DNA from: an uncultured Fidelibacterota bacterium
GTDB lineage: Bacteria > Fidelibacterota > Marinisomatia > Marinisomatales > UBA1611
Assembly (NCBI GenBank): GCA_902602795.1
Contig: CACKSF010000002.1
Coordinates: 1-62,059, forward strand
Reading direction: 5' to 3'
Length of the DNA: 62,059 nt
Of the stretch, positions 9,841-20,021 are shown one piece after another. The position numbers were made by a program, and so were the translations under genes. Numbering within the stretch: position 1 is the stretch's first letter; the number at the start of each line of letters is the position of its first letter. The notes beneath the pieces were generated by a model. It was not told the DNA's origin, did no database searches, and saw only the letters and a list, made by a program, of their open reading frames with translations.

Positions 9841-10905
9841 TTATATCGTATTGAAAAACAACCTTGATAAACATTGGATTTTATCTTCATATGAATGTGG
9901 ATACAAGAACCATTCAGCGGCAGAAATCGAACTTAAAATAGAGTTCCCATCTTGAGGAGTAAAACAAAAACCTGTTATTTCATGATCATTTCTTACATGA
10001 AGTGTTTGTTCTACAACTACACTTTGGTTCATTATACGACCAAAGTGACCATGATCTCTTCCAAAAGAAAAAACACTGCTTGTAAGATCTTTATTTGTCA
10101 AAGAAATAAACTTACTGTTGAACAACTTTTCTTTTACTTCATTTAAAGTGGTAGGCTCTTTGACTTTTAAATTAAACCATAAAACATGCATATATTGACT
10201 GTTAACTTTCATTGCTGAAGAAAATAAATTTAAATCAAGACCTAAAGTAGAAAACAAACTTGCTGCATCTGCAGCATGATACGATCCATAATTATCATCA
10301 GCATGAAGATTAACCTGAGGTGAGGGAATAAAATTAGAAAGCTGGCTGATATCATTTGCACGTCGAATACATACATATTTACCTTCGATTAAATTTTCTG
10401 GATCCGAAGAAATACCAATAGTATTAGTTATACTAGAAATGTTATGCGTGTTACATGATACAACTTGAATAAATTTATCTTTTGGTGAAAGTGCTTTATC
10501 ATTTATTCCCCTTGCGTATTTTTTCCCAAATCCTTCCTCACTCCCTTGCGCTAAAAAGCCTTTAACATTATTTTGAAGCTTTAAGTAAAATTCATTCTTA
10601 TTTTCAATACCAACGCCTCTAGGCGTGCAATCAATGACCACCATTGCCCTATTAATAGCTTCTATTGATTCTAAATCTGGATCCATACCAAATTTTTTAA
10701 ATTTTTTTTCTAAACCATCTTTCACACATAACCTAGCCCCTCTTTCTACTAGATCTAAAACTTTTGACCGATCATACTTTGAAAGAGAATTTTTCGAAAA
10801 AGTAACTTCGTCAATACCCAATTGTTTTTGGTAATCACAAAGTAAACCAATCAACGGTTCACCTACAGTGCTCGTACCTATAATATGTATTATTTTACGT
10901 TGCAA
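9841..10905 (-). CDS. Archaeal-type (class II) glyceraldehyde-3-phosphate dehydrogenase family protein; substrate uncertain
   Basis: 354 aa. By eye it aligns with archaeal GAPDH over blocks VVIDCTPRGVGIENK, the catalytic-Cys block VVSCNTHN, and CIRRANDIS. The dinucleotide-binding glycine motif is atypical (IIGTSTVGEP). TTG start. Confidence 0.6.
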   Translation of the reverse strand: MQRKIIHIIGTSTVGEPLIGLLCDYQKQLGIDEVTFSKNSLSKYDRSKVLDLVERGARLCVKDGLEKKFKKFGMDPDLESIEAINRAMVVIDCTPRGVGIENKNEFYLKLQNNVKGFLAQGSEEGFGKKYARGINDKALSPKDKFIQVVSCNTHNISSITNTIGISSDPENLIEGKYVCIRRANDISQLSNFIPSPQVNLHADDNYGSYHAADAASLFSTLGLDLNLFSSAMKVNSQYMHVLWFNLKVKEPTTLNEVKEKLFNSKFISLTNKDLTSSVFSFGRDHGHFGRIMNQSVVVEQTLHVRNDHEITGFCFTPQDGNSILSSISAAEWFLYPHSYEDKIQCLSRLFFNTI

Positions 10906-10922
10906 CGACTATCTCTCTTTAC

Positions 10923-12581
10923 TCAAAAACCTGTAGTTTCTTGCCATTCTCCAAACTCATTTTTCATTGCCTTAATTATTTCTCCGATTGTAGCATGTTC
11001 TTTAGCCGCTGCAATAATAAATGGCATTAAGTTGTCTTTATTTTTACAAGCATTTGTAATTTTCTCTAATACTGAATTTACATTTGTTTGACTTCTCTTC
11101 TTTTTCAATATTTTTAATTGATTAATTTGATATGCCCCAGCATCTTCATTTAAATTGAGAATAGGAATATCAATTTCATCATGTTTGTTCTTAAACTTAT
11201 TAACGCCTACTACGATTCTTCTCAATTCATCAACTTTAGCTTGATATTCAGAGGCTGATCTAGAAATTTCTCTTTGAAAAAAACCATCTTCGATTGCTGA
11301 AATCACCCCTCCTAAACTTTCAATTTCTAAAAAATAATTTTCTACATCCTGCTCTATTTTATCCGTTAAATGCTCTAGATACCACGATCCACCTAATGGG
11401 TCAACTACACTAGCGGCACCTGTTTCATATGCAATTAATTGTTGTGTTCTTAAAGCAACCTCAGCTGATTTTTCGGTGGGTAAAGCAAGTGTTTCATCCA
11501 TAGCATTTGTATGCAAGCTTTGAGTACCACCTAACACTGCAGCAAGTGCCTGAAAACCAGTTCGAGCAATATTATTTTCAGGTTGCTGAGCAGTTAAGCT
11601 ACATCCAGCAGTTTGGGTGTGAAAACGAAGTTTCCATGACTTTTCATTTTTGGCTTTATATTTAAATTTTAATCTTTTAGCCCAAATACGTCTTGCTGCT
11701 CTAAATTTGGCAATTTCTTCAAAAAAGTCAAGATGCGAATTAAAAAAAAATGATAACCTTGGAGCAAAGTCATCGACTTCAATCCCTGCTTTGATACCAT
11801 AATCAAGATAGGTAAACCCATCTGCTAACGTGAATGCTAACTCTTGGATAGCAGTGGAACCAGCCTCCCTTATATGGTAGCCACTAATTGATATAGTATT
11901 GTAATGCGGCATAAAATTAGTACAATAGGATAACATATCTGTAATTAATCTCATTGACGGTTCAGGAGCAAAAATCCACTCTTTTTGCGCAGTAAATTCT
12001 TTTAGGATATCATTCTGAAGTGTTCCTTTTAATTCAGAAGGAACTATACCCTCTTCTTCACCAGCAGCAATATAAAAAGCTAACAAAACAATAGCAGGGC
12101 CATTAATAGTTTGTGACACAGTGATTTCTTTTAAATTTATACCTTGAAAGAGCTTTTGCATCTCAGGCAAAGAAAATACACTTACCCCGCATTTACCTAT
12201 TTCTCCCTTAGATAAAGAATGATCTGGGTCATATCCCATTAATGTTGGCATATCATAAGCAACAGATAATCCAGTCTGACCTTTTTTTAGTAACTGCTTA
12301 AACCTTTTATTGGTCTCTTGCGGCGTCCCAAAACCTGCAAATTGACGCATAGTCCACAGTTTCCCCCTGTATAAATTGGAATGAACCCCTCGAGTATATG
12401 GGAATTGCCCAGGGAAACCAAGCTTATCAAGATAATCACCAGATGGGTTGGAGGGGAAATAACAAGTATCTTGACACTGTCCTGACAAAGTGTCAAAATC
12501 GAAGTTTCTTTTTTTTGAAGATTTTATTTCATTATTCCACTTTTTATAGCTTTCTTGGAATAATTCTAATTGGCTGCTCAT
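10923..12581 (-). CDS. Methylmalonyl-CoA mutase family, catalytic (large, N-terminal) subunit without a B12-binding domain
   Basis: 552 aa with FPGQFPYTRGV, YRGKLWTMRQFAGFG and GLSVAYDMPTLMGYD. The ORF ends before any DXHXXG cobalamin-binding domain, as in the split archaeal/Bacillus-like form. Confidence 0.85.
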   Translation of the reverse strand: MSSQLELFQESYKKWNNEIKSSKKRNFDFDTLSGQCQDTCYFPSNPSGDYLDKLGFPGQFPYTRGVHSNLYRGKLWTMRQFAGFGTPQETNKRFKQLLKKGQTGLSVAYDMPTLMGYDPDHSLSKGEIGKCGVSVFSLPEMQKLFQGINLKEITVSQTINGPAIVLLAFYIAAGEEEGIVPSELKGTLQNDILKEFTAQKEWIFAPEPSMRLITDMLSYCTNFMPHYNTISISGYHIREAGSTAIQELAFTLADGFTYLDYGIKAGIEVDDFAPRLSFFFNSHLDFFEEIAKFRAARRIWAKRLKFKYKAKNEKSWKLRFHTQTAGCSLTAQQPENNIARTGFQALAAVLGGTQSLHTNAMDETLALPTEKSAEVALRTQQLIAYETGAASVVDPLGGSWYLEHLTDKIEQDVENYFLEIESLGGVISAIEDGFFQREISRSASEYQAKVDELRRIVVGVNKFKNKHDEIDIPILNLNEDAGAYQINQLKILKKKRSQTNVNSVLEKITNACKNKDNLMPFIIAAAKEHATIGEIIKAMKNEFGEWQETTGF

Positions 12582-12668
12582 CTTTTCTGCAAGATCATAA
12601 AGGAATCATTCAATATATTTAAAAAAGTAATTATAAGCAAATTATAAAATAAAAAACAAATATAACTG

Positions 12669-14591
12669 TTAATTAGAATTAAATATAAGCTTTATACTTT
12701 CAAATAAAGTTTCATTATCTAAACCAACACTCTTTAAAATTTCAGCTCTTGAGCCATGCTGAACAAATGAATCTGGTAATCCAATTCGCTTTAATTTTCC
12801 TTTAAAATTATTCTCCAAAAGCCAACTTGAAACTCCATCTCCTAAGCCACCCGTAGTATTACTTTCTTCTAAAGTTATAAAATTTGAAAATTTGGATACA
12901 GCACTCTTCAAATATGAAGTATCCATCGGTTTAATAAATCTACAGTTTACTACTTCAAGATTAAAGCCAATTGAATCAAGTTTTTTAGAAACATCCAATG
13001 CATTATAAACCATTGGCCCAACAGCTAGAATTGTACCATCTATACCTTCTTTACATACCTCCCATGATCCAATTGGGAGCAACTCCATTTGACCAGATTC
13101 ATCAAATTCAATAGAACTCGCTTTTGGATATCTAATCGCGAATGGTTTATCAGAAATATTTAATGCAGTATGTAATAAATTTCTGAATTCATTTCCATTT
13201 TTTGGAGCAGTTAAAATTAAATCTTGTATGCATCGAAGGTATGAAAGATCTAAGGAACCATGATGAGTCGGCCCATCTTCTCCCGCTATTCCTGATCGAT
13301 CAAGACAAAAGATTACTGGCAAATGTTGAATAGCACAGTCATGTATGATATGATCATATGCTCTTTGTAAAAATGTTGAGTAGATTGCGACAATAGGTCT
13401 AATTCCCTGTGATGCTAATCCAGAGGCAAAGGTTACAGCATGACCCTCTGCAATACCTACATCATAGTACCTATTAGGATACATTTTTGAATACGGAACT
13501 AGACCAGTACCTTCTCTCATAGCGGCGGTAATACATACTGTGTCTTTTCGATTTTGAGCTATTTCACAAACTAGCTTACCGAAAACATCTTGAAAAATTG
13601 GGGGGGATGATTTTTCTACGATATTTTCTTTTTTGATATTACCCTGTCCATCCTGATTACTACCAGCCTTAACTGCATGAAACTTAACAGCATCATCATG
13701 ATATTCACCGGTTTCCATATCTAACGATACCATTCCCTTCCCTTTTTTTGTTAAAATGTGAAGTAGGACGGGATTTTGAATATCTTTAATATTATTTAAA
13801 GTATTAACTACTTCGCTTAAGTCGTGTCCATCAATTGGACCAAAGTACCGGAATCCCAATTCATCAAATAAAATTCCTGGTACTATTAAACTTTTTAAAC
13901 TTTCTTCTATTTTCTTTATTAATGTTCTGGTCTTACTTCTAGCTACAGGAAGTTTTCCAGTCATATCCCAAAATTCATTCCGAACTCTATTGTAAAGTGG
14001 GTTTGATATTAAACGAGTAAAATACCTTGAAATAGCACCAACATTTGGACTTATTGACATTTCATTATCATTTAAGATAACTAAAAATTGTTTGCCAAGA
14101 TGGCCTGCATTATTTATACCCTCAAATGCAAGTCCTCCTGTCATTGATCCGTCTCCAATAATAGCTGCAACTCTGTAGTTTTCATCTTTTTGTTTTCGAG
14201 CCTCTGCTATACCAAGAGCGGCTGAAATAGAAGTAGAAGCATGACCGGCTCCAATTACATCATACTCGCTCTCAGATCTTTTTAAAAATCCACTTAGACC
14301 ATTATACTTCCTAATTGTCTTGAAATCATTAAATCTTCCAGTGAGTAGTTTATGTGCATATCCTTGATGCCCAACATCCCATACAAGTTTATCTCTAGGT
14401 GTATCAAAAACATGATGAAGAGCCACAGACAACTCTACAACCCCTAAAGTTGGTGCTAAATGACCACCTATTTCAGTTATTGTGTCAATTGTATACGAAC
14501 GGATTTCTTTACAAAGTTCCAACAATTCATCATTACTATATCCCCGAATATCTTTCGGCGAATTTATTTTAGAAAGAAATTTAAGCTGCAT
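12669..14591 (-). CDS. dxs: 1-deoxy-D-xylulose-5-phosphate synthase
   Basis: 640 aa with the TPP-binding motif GDGSMTGGLAFEGLNNAG-like (IGDGSMTGGLAFEGINNAG) and HLAPTLGVVEL. Confidence 0.96.
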   Translation of the reverse strand: MQLKFLSKINSPKDIRGYSNDELLELCKEIRSYTIDTITEIGGHLAPTLGVVELSVALHHVFDTPRDKLVWDVGHQGYAHKLLTGRFNDFKTIRKYNGLSGFLKRSESEYDVIGAGHASTSISAALGIAEARKQKDENYRVAAIIGDGSMTGGLAFEGINNAGHLGKQFLVILNDNEMSISPNVGAISRYFTRLISNPLYNRVRNEFWDMTGKLPVARSKTRTLIKKIEESLKSLIVPGILFDELGFRYFGPIDGHDLSEVVNTLNNIKDIQNPVLLHILTKKGKGMVSLDMETGEYHDDAVKFHAVKAGSNQDGQGNIKKENIVEKSSPPIFQDVFGKLVCEIAQNRKDTVCITAAMREGTGLVPYSKMYPNRYYDVGIAEGHAVTFASGLASQGIRPIVAIYSTFLQRAYDHIIHDCAIQHLPVIFCLDRSGIAGEDGPTHHGSLDLSYLRCIQDLILTAPKNGNEFRNLLHTALNISDKPFAIRYPKASSIEFDESGQMELLPIGSWEVCKEGIDGTILAVGPMVYNALDVSKKLDSIGFNLEVVNCRFIKPMDTSYLKSAVSKFSNFITLEESNTTGGLGDGVSSWLLENNFKGKLKRIGLPDSFVQHGSRAEILKSVGLDNETLFESIKLIFNSN

Positions 14592-14600
14592 GATCTTATT

Positions 14601-15194
14601 TTAGTTCTCGTAATAAAATTTACTAGTTTTGTCAAACATCATCTTGTGAAAAATTTCAATTCCATCAATTTCTGGATGAAATGATAGACCTAACAAATGT
14701 TTCGTAAAAATAGCCACTGGAAAATTTTTTCGCTTTGCAACTATCTTAATATTTTCCCCAAAATATTTAATTTTTGGTGCTCTAATAAATGTTGAATATA
14801 ATTCTATCTGTTCAGTTTGCTTATGTTGAAAATAAATTCTTTTTTTTGAAGAATGTATTTGACTGCCATATGCATTGCGTGAAACGGACAAATCAAATAA
14901 ACCAAGAGGCTCAACTCTTGCGTCATCAACATCTTTACTCATAAGAATTAACCCAGCGCAAGTCCCTAAAACAGGATTATGCTTGGCAAATTGGATTATT
15001 GATTCTCTTAAATTATATTTTTTCATAAGCAATGAAAGAGTAGTTGATTCTCCACCAGGTATAATTAGCCCATCAGATTGTTTTAAATCATTACTGGATT
15101 TAACCGATAAAGAACTTAAGCCAATTTTTTTAAGAAGTTTGTGATGTAATGCATATCCACCCTGCAACTCTAATACACCTATTTTTATTACCAA
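14601..15194 (-). CDS. pdxT: Pyridoxal 5'-phosphate synthase glutaminase subunit
   Basis: 197 aa class I glutamine amidotransferase ([24 protein letters not shown]). Confidence 0.92.
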   Translation of the reverse strand: MVIKIGVLELQGGYALHHKLLKKIGLSSLSVKSSNDLKQSDGLIIPGGESTTLSLLMKKYNLRESIIQFAKHNPVLGTCAGLILMSKDVDDARVEPLGLFDLSVSRNAYGSQIHSSKKRIYFQHKQTEQIELYSTFIRAPKIKYFGENIKIVAKRKNFPVAIFTKHLLGLSFHPEIDGIEIFHKMMFDKTSKFYYEN

Positions 15195-16069
15195 CCCCTT
15201 TCTTGCAATCTATCTTCTTCAGCGATTTCTGACATATCTAAACCTTTCATAGCCTTTTTAAGACCTTTACTTGCCTTAGCAACTATGTCACTATTTTGAT
15301 AGTGTGTAGTAGCTTCCACTACTGCTTTTGCTCGTGCCGCTGGATCATCACTCTTAAAAATTCCTGAACCTACAAAAACTGTCTCTGCTCCAAGTTGCAT
15401 CATTAAGGATGCATCCGCAGGAGTAGCTATACCCCCAGCTGCAAAATTTGGAACAGGCAGCTTACCTATTTTTGCAACTTGCTGTACAAGAGAAACAGGA
15501 GCACCGATATTTTTTGCTTCAGCTACAATTTCTTCTTTATCTAACCTAATAACACGTTTAATGTCAGTCATTACAGTTCTCATATGTCTAACAGCTTCTA
15601 CAATATTTCCACTTCCTGCTTCTCCTTTTGTTCTTATCATCGCTGCGCCTTCAGCTATTCTACGTAGAGCCTCTCCAAGATTCCTACATCCACACACAAA
15701 TGGTATTTTAAAGTCATGTTTCCATACATGATTATGCTCATCTGCTGGGGTCAAAACCTCACTTTCATCAATGAAATCCACCTCTAAAGTCTCTAAAACT
15801 TGAGCCTCAGCGAAATGACCAATTCTGCATTTAGCCATAACAGGTATGGACACAGCGTTTTGAATACCTAAAATCATTTCAGGATCGCTCATTCTAGCTA
15901 TTCCACCGTCTTTCCTGATATCTGAAGGTATTCTCTCCAGCGCCATAACTGCACAGGCTCCAGAATCTTCAGCAATTTTTGCTTGATCAACATTTGTTAC
16001 ATCCATAATTACTCCGCCTTTTAACATCTCTGCCAATCCTACTTTTATTTCAAAATTATTATTACTCAT
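15188..16069 (-). CDS. pdxS: Pyridoxal 5'-phosphate synthase lyase subunit
   Basis: Near-complete identity blocks to PdxS ([48 protein letters not shown]). The tracked ORF extends to 16099. The ATG at 16069 (MSNNNFEIK...) gives the canonical ~293 aa length. Confidence 0.93.
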   Translation of the reverse strand: MSNNNFEIKVGLAEMLKGGVIMDVTNVDQAKIAEDSGACAVMALERIPSDIRKDGGIARMSDPEMILGIQNAVSIPVMAKCRIGHFAEAQVLETLEVDFIDESEVLTPADEHNHVWKHDFKIPFVCGCRNLGEALRRIAEGAAMIRTKGEAGSGNIVEAVRHMRTVMTDIKRVIRLDKEEIVAEAKNIGAPVSLVQQVAKIGKLPVPNFAAGGIATPADASLMMQLGAETVFVGSGIFKSDDPAARAKAVVEATTHYQNSDIVAKASKGLKKAMKGLDMSEIAEEDRLQERGW

Positions 16070-16925
16070 ATATAATGGCTCCTTCTGTATTTTTACCAAT
16101 TTTTTTAATTTTATTTACTACTGCTTGTATGATTTCATCTGGTGTGGAAGCACCAGCAGAAATACCTACTGAATTACAATTATCAAACATTTTTTCCTTT
16201 AGATCTGAAGAAGAAGTAACTTGATATGAACGTTTGTTCCGCTCAAGGGAAAGTTGTGTAAGCCTTTTAGAATTTGCGCTGGTATATGACCCTATAACAA
16301 TCATTACATCACACTGTAGAGCTAATTCTTTGATTTGTTCATGGTTTCTTCTTGTAGGAAAACAAATTGTATTGATAAATCGAAGGTCATAAACTTTCTG
16401 CATCAAAACATTAATAATTTCTTGTACGTTTTCAATCATTTGAGTTGACTGACTTACGATACCTGCTCTTTTTACCTTTCGCATTTGTTTAGCTTCATCA
16501 ATATTTGCAATAATAATTGGCTTTTCTACCTGCGCGGCTATTGCAACAACTTCATCATGACCGTGATCGCCAATAATGATTGTTTTCCTTCCTTCTTTTT
16601 CAAGTAATTTAATTTCATGGTGTATTTCAGTTACCAGTGGACAGGTACCATCCACTAAGTTTATGTTTTTCTTTCTTGCTTCCTTCCAAAGTTCAGGCGC
16701 AGTGCCATGAGCACGAAAGAGTAAGGTTTTCCCATCAGGAACCTGCTCAATTTTTTCGACTACTTTAGCTCCAGCTTTATCAAGGTTTTCAATGACACGT
16801 TCATTGTGAACAATCGTTCCAAGCATGTAGACATCCCCCTTATCATTAGCAGTATCATAAGCCAGGTTAACGGCATCTCGCACTCCAAAACAATATCCTG
16901 CATCCTTTGCTATCAGTATTTTCAT
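16062..16925 (-). CDS. ispH: 4-hydroxy-3-methylbut-2-enyl diphosphate reductase
   Basis: 287 aa LytB family ([30 protein letters not shown]). Confidence 0.93.
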   Translation of the reverse strand: MKILIAKDAGYCFGVRDAVNLAYDTANDKGDVYMLGTIVHNERVIENLDKAGAKVVEKIEQVPDGKTLLFRAHGTAPELWKEARKKNINLVDGTCPLVTEIHHEIKLLEKEGRKTIIIGDHGHDEVVAIAAQVEKPIIIANIDEAKQMRKVKRAGIVSQSTQMIENVQEIINVLMQKVYDLRFINTICFPTRRNHEQIKELALQCDVMIVIGSYTSANSKRLTQLSLERNKRSYQVTSSSDLKEKMFDNCNSVGISAGASTPDEIIQAVVNKIKKIGKNTEGAIIYE

Positions 16926-17974
16926 TTACTTTTAAAATACTCCAATTTTTTTTTTAGAAAAATTTTTGTTGTAGATATAACCTTCTCAGTAGTTTCGTTA
17001 AGATTTGAATCTATCATTGCACCAGAAGCAAATGCATGTCCACCACCTCCAATCGCTTTAGCAATATCATTAATTTTATACTTCCCCTTCGATCTAAAAT
17101 TTACTCTACATTTTTTTTCAGCAGTTTCAAAAACCATAACAGCGACTTCAACACCCGCTATAGAACGGACAATATCTGTAAATCCTTCAACATCAGATTT
17201 GTTTGCATTCGCATTTTTCAACATTTTTTGACTTATTGCAAACCAAGCAAATTCTCCATTAAGCTCATAGTGTAAATTGGAAAGAAAATCACCTAAAAGA
17301 CGCATCTTTTCCCTGGAACTATTTTCATAAATATGTTGATAAACTATATTTGTTTCAATTCCATTTTTTATTGACTCAATGGCTATTTCATGGCATTTTT
17401 TATCGGTGTTACTATGTTTAAAGCACCCTGTGTCAGTCATTACCGCTGTATAAATACCTAAGATACTATCTTTGCTGATAGCATTTTTTCTTGCTACTTT
17501 TAAATAATCATAAACCATGCAACCTGTAGCAGCTGCACTCAAATCTACTAAATTATGGGTGAATGGATGCTTTTCAGGGTGAGGATGATGATCAATATTC
17601 ATTGTAGCAATACTCCATTGATCTAAAGCGGTTTTAACACTTCTTGTTCTAGAATAATCTCCCACATCAAAAATAATAGCCAGATCAACAGATTTTAACC
17701 AATCATCATGCTCACTATTATTGTAAGTTTCAAAAATTTTATGTCTGTTTAAGAAGTTATACGCTCTCGGTAACGAGGAATAATTAATTATCTTAATATC
17801 TTTCTTTTCTTCAAGCAAATGATAGTAAAGTCCAACCTCTGCACCCAAACCGTCTCCATCAGGATTCTCATGAGTTGTCAATACAATTTTTTTACATGAA
17901 GAAATGATTTCATCGACTAGTCGCCAATCAATAGAGGTATTATTAAAGTTTAAATTATTTATAGTCCCAGACAA
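16922..17974 (-). CDS. nrnA: DHH/DHHA1 phosphoesterase, NrnA-type (oligoribonuclease / pAp phosphatase; possible pApA or c-di-AMP phosphodiesterase)
   Basis: 350 aa with motifs HENPDGDGLGA, DHH (NIDHHPH) and GGGH (AIGGGGHAFASG). Confidence 0.82.
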   Translation of the reverse strand: MSGTINNLNFNNTSIDWRLVDEIISSCKKIVLTTHENPDGDGLGAEVGLYYHLLEEKKDIKIINYSSLPRAYNFLNRHKIFETYNNSEHDDWLKSVDLAIIFDVGDYSRTRSVKTALDQWSIATMNIDHHPHPEKHPFTHNLVDLSAAATGCMVYDYLKVARKNAISKDSILGIYTAVMTDTGCFKHSNTDKKCHEIAIESIKNGIETNIVYQHIYENSSREKMRLLGDFLSNLHYELNGEFAWFAISQKMLKNANANKSDVEGFTDIVRSIAGVEVAVMVFETAEKKCRVNFRSKGKYKINDIAKAIGGGGHAFASGAMIDSNLNETTEKVISTTKIFLKKKLEYFKSK

Positions 17975-18494
17975 TTTCTTTTTTACCTTTTTGAAAGTTT
18001 TCTATTCTAGCTAAAACAAAGAGAAAATCAGATAACCTATTGATATATTTTTTATGATTATCTGGAACATACTCATTTTCACTAAGAGCTATGACATCTC
18101 TTTCAGCATCTCTGCATTCTGATCTAGCAATATGGACCCGAGAAGTAAATTCAGATCCCCCTGGGAGAATAAATTCGTTAAGTGGCGGTAACAAAGAATT
18201 AATTTTCTCTGTTTTTGAATCTAGCCAGTCAACCCTAGAATTTTTTAACAAATTTAATTCTAAATCGGGAATTGCTAATTCACCTCCTAAATTAAATAAG
18301 TCCTGTTGAATTTCTTCAAGAGCTCTATCAGATTGCTTATTTGATTCAATTCTTGTCCACCCTATTATGGAATTTAATTTATCTACCGAACCCATCGCAT
18401 GAATTCTAAGACTATTTTTAGAGACACGTTCCCCGTTACCTAGGCCTGTCTGTCCTGCATCTCCAGTCTTAGTTGTAACTTTTGTTATTCTCAT
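17955..18494 (-). CDS. ATP:cob(I)alamin adenosyltransferase, PduO/MMAB type
   Basis: ITKVTTKTGDAGQTGL at the N-terminus and a helical-bundle C-terminus. The tracked ORF starts at 18551, but the ATG at 18494 (MRITKV...) matches family N-termini. Confidence 0.85.
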   Translation of the reverse strand: MRITKVTTKTGDAGQTGLGNGERVSKNSLRIHAMGSVDKLNSIIGWTRIESNKQSDRALEEIQQDLFNLGGELAIPDLELNLLKNSRVDWLDSKTEKINSLLPPLNEFILPGGSEFTSRVHIARSECRDAERDVIALSENEYVPDNHKKYINRLSDFLFVLARIENFQKGKKEIVWDYK

Positions 18495-19912
18495 TAGAAG
18501 AAAATCCAGGTTACAATTATAAAAAGTGGGACTAAAATAGGAAGCGACCATTTTATTATGTATCCAAAGAAACTTGGCATTTTAATATCAGACGATTCAG
18601 CAATTGCCTTTACCATAAAGTTAGGAGCATTACCAATATAGGAATTCGCACCCATGAAAACAGCGCCGGCAGATATAGCCAATAAAGTTTGATACATGTC
18701 ACCCATTAGAACTGAAGGATCTCCTCCAGCAGTGTTAAAGAATACTAAATATGTAGGAGCATTATCTAAAAAACTAGATAAGATACCTGTCAACCAAAAA
18801 TACATAAAATTTATAGGCTCTCCTGAACTATCTGATACTGAGGAAACAACAGATGCCAACGCACCATTAGTGCCAGCCTTAAGGATAGCAATTGCCGGAA
18901 TAATTGTAACAAATATACCAGCAAATAACTTTCCTACTTCTTCTATAGGGAACCAAGTATATTCATTGGCTTCTCTAATTTGCATTGGTGTCATGGTCCA
19001 ACTTAAGTAGGTCAAGGAAAGAAGAAGAACATCTCGAACAATGTTTTGTAATTCTACATGCACATAGTAAATGTTTATGTGAATATGCGGTTTCCAGAAA
19101 CCTGACAATAATACCCCACCCACAACACCAGCCAAAAGGAGAAGATTAAAAGATCCTTCCAAACCTAATTTTTCATTTTCTGTATCAGCATTCCCATGCG
19201 GTAATTCTTTGCTGTAAAAATATGTATCAACGCCAAAAAATATTATCAAAAGTGATACAACCATAAATAGCATGGGCAGGAACATTGCCGAGGTAGTCCA
19301 AAAAAAATCCACTCCCTTCAAAAAGCCCAGAAACAATGGTGGATCTCCAAGAGGAGTTAGCGAGCCACCTATATTTGCAACCAGAAAAATGAAAAAAACA
19401 ATAATATGTACTTTGTTTTTTCTATGTTGATTCGCTCTTATTAGAGGACGAATTAAAAGCATTGCTGCACCGGTAGTACCCATCCAACTAGCAAGTGAGG
19501 TACCAATAAAAATAATAATAGTGTTAAGAGTAGGTGTTCCAACTAAAGATCCTTTCAATTGTACTCCACCAGAAATAGTATATAATGATAATAATAAAAT
19601 TAAAAATGGTACATATTCAAGTAAACCAACATGCAATAATTCGTACAATGTGATCGATAATCCTTGAGAAATTGAAAAAGGAATTATCAATAACAATGCC
19701 CAAAATAAAGAAATTTTTCCGAAGTTATGGTGCCAAAAGTGTTCAGCAACCAAAGGGAAGACTGCAATTGATAATAAAATACCGACAAAGGGAAGAACCC
19801 AAAAAATAGCCAGGTCTTGGCCATTAAGGTGAGGAGCACCCTTTGCCCCAGCGAAAATAGTCACAGGCAATATGAATAGAAATAATAAAAATATTTTGTA
19901 ATTTTTTATCAT
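18494..19912 (-). CDS. ArsB/NhaD-superfamily ion permease (annotated in relatives as sodium:proton antiporter / citrate-transporter-like)
   Basis: Polytopic membrane protein of about 12 TM with LTPLGDPPLFLGF and NAPTYLVF motifs. The tracked TTG start is at 19984. The ATG at 19912 (MIKNYKIF...) is preferred. Confidence 0.65.
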   Translation of the reverse strand: MIKNYKIFLLFLFILPVTIFAGAKGAPHLNGQDLAIFWVLPFVGILLSIAVFPLVAEHFWHHNFGKISLFWALLLIIPFSISQGLSITLYELLHVGLLEYVPFLILLLSLYTISGGVQLKGSLVGTPTLNTIIIFIGTSLASWMGTTGAAMLLIRPLIRANQHRKNKVHIIVFFIFLVANIGGSLTPLGDPPLFLGFLKGVDFFWTTSAMFLPMLFMVVSLLIIFFGVDTYFYSKELPHGNADTENEKLGLEGSFNLLLLAGVVGGVLLSGFWKPHIHINIYYVHVELQNIVRDVLLLSLTYLSWTMTPMQIREANEYTWFPIEEVGKLFAGIFVTIIPAIAILKAGTNGALASVVSSVSDSSGEPINFMYFWLTGILSSFLDNAPTYLVFFNTAGGDPSVLMGDMYQTLLAISAGAVFMGANSYIGNAPNFMVKAIAESSDIKMPSFFGYIIKWSLPILVPLFIIVTWIFF

Positions 19913-20021
19913 TGCAATTATTCTCCTAAAAATAAGTAATAAAATTACTCTTTTACTTGTTAATGTAAAAACACGATCGGTCAATATTATATATAAAAAC
20001 TATGCTAAAATAAGTTTAATT

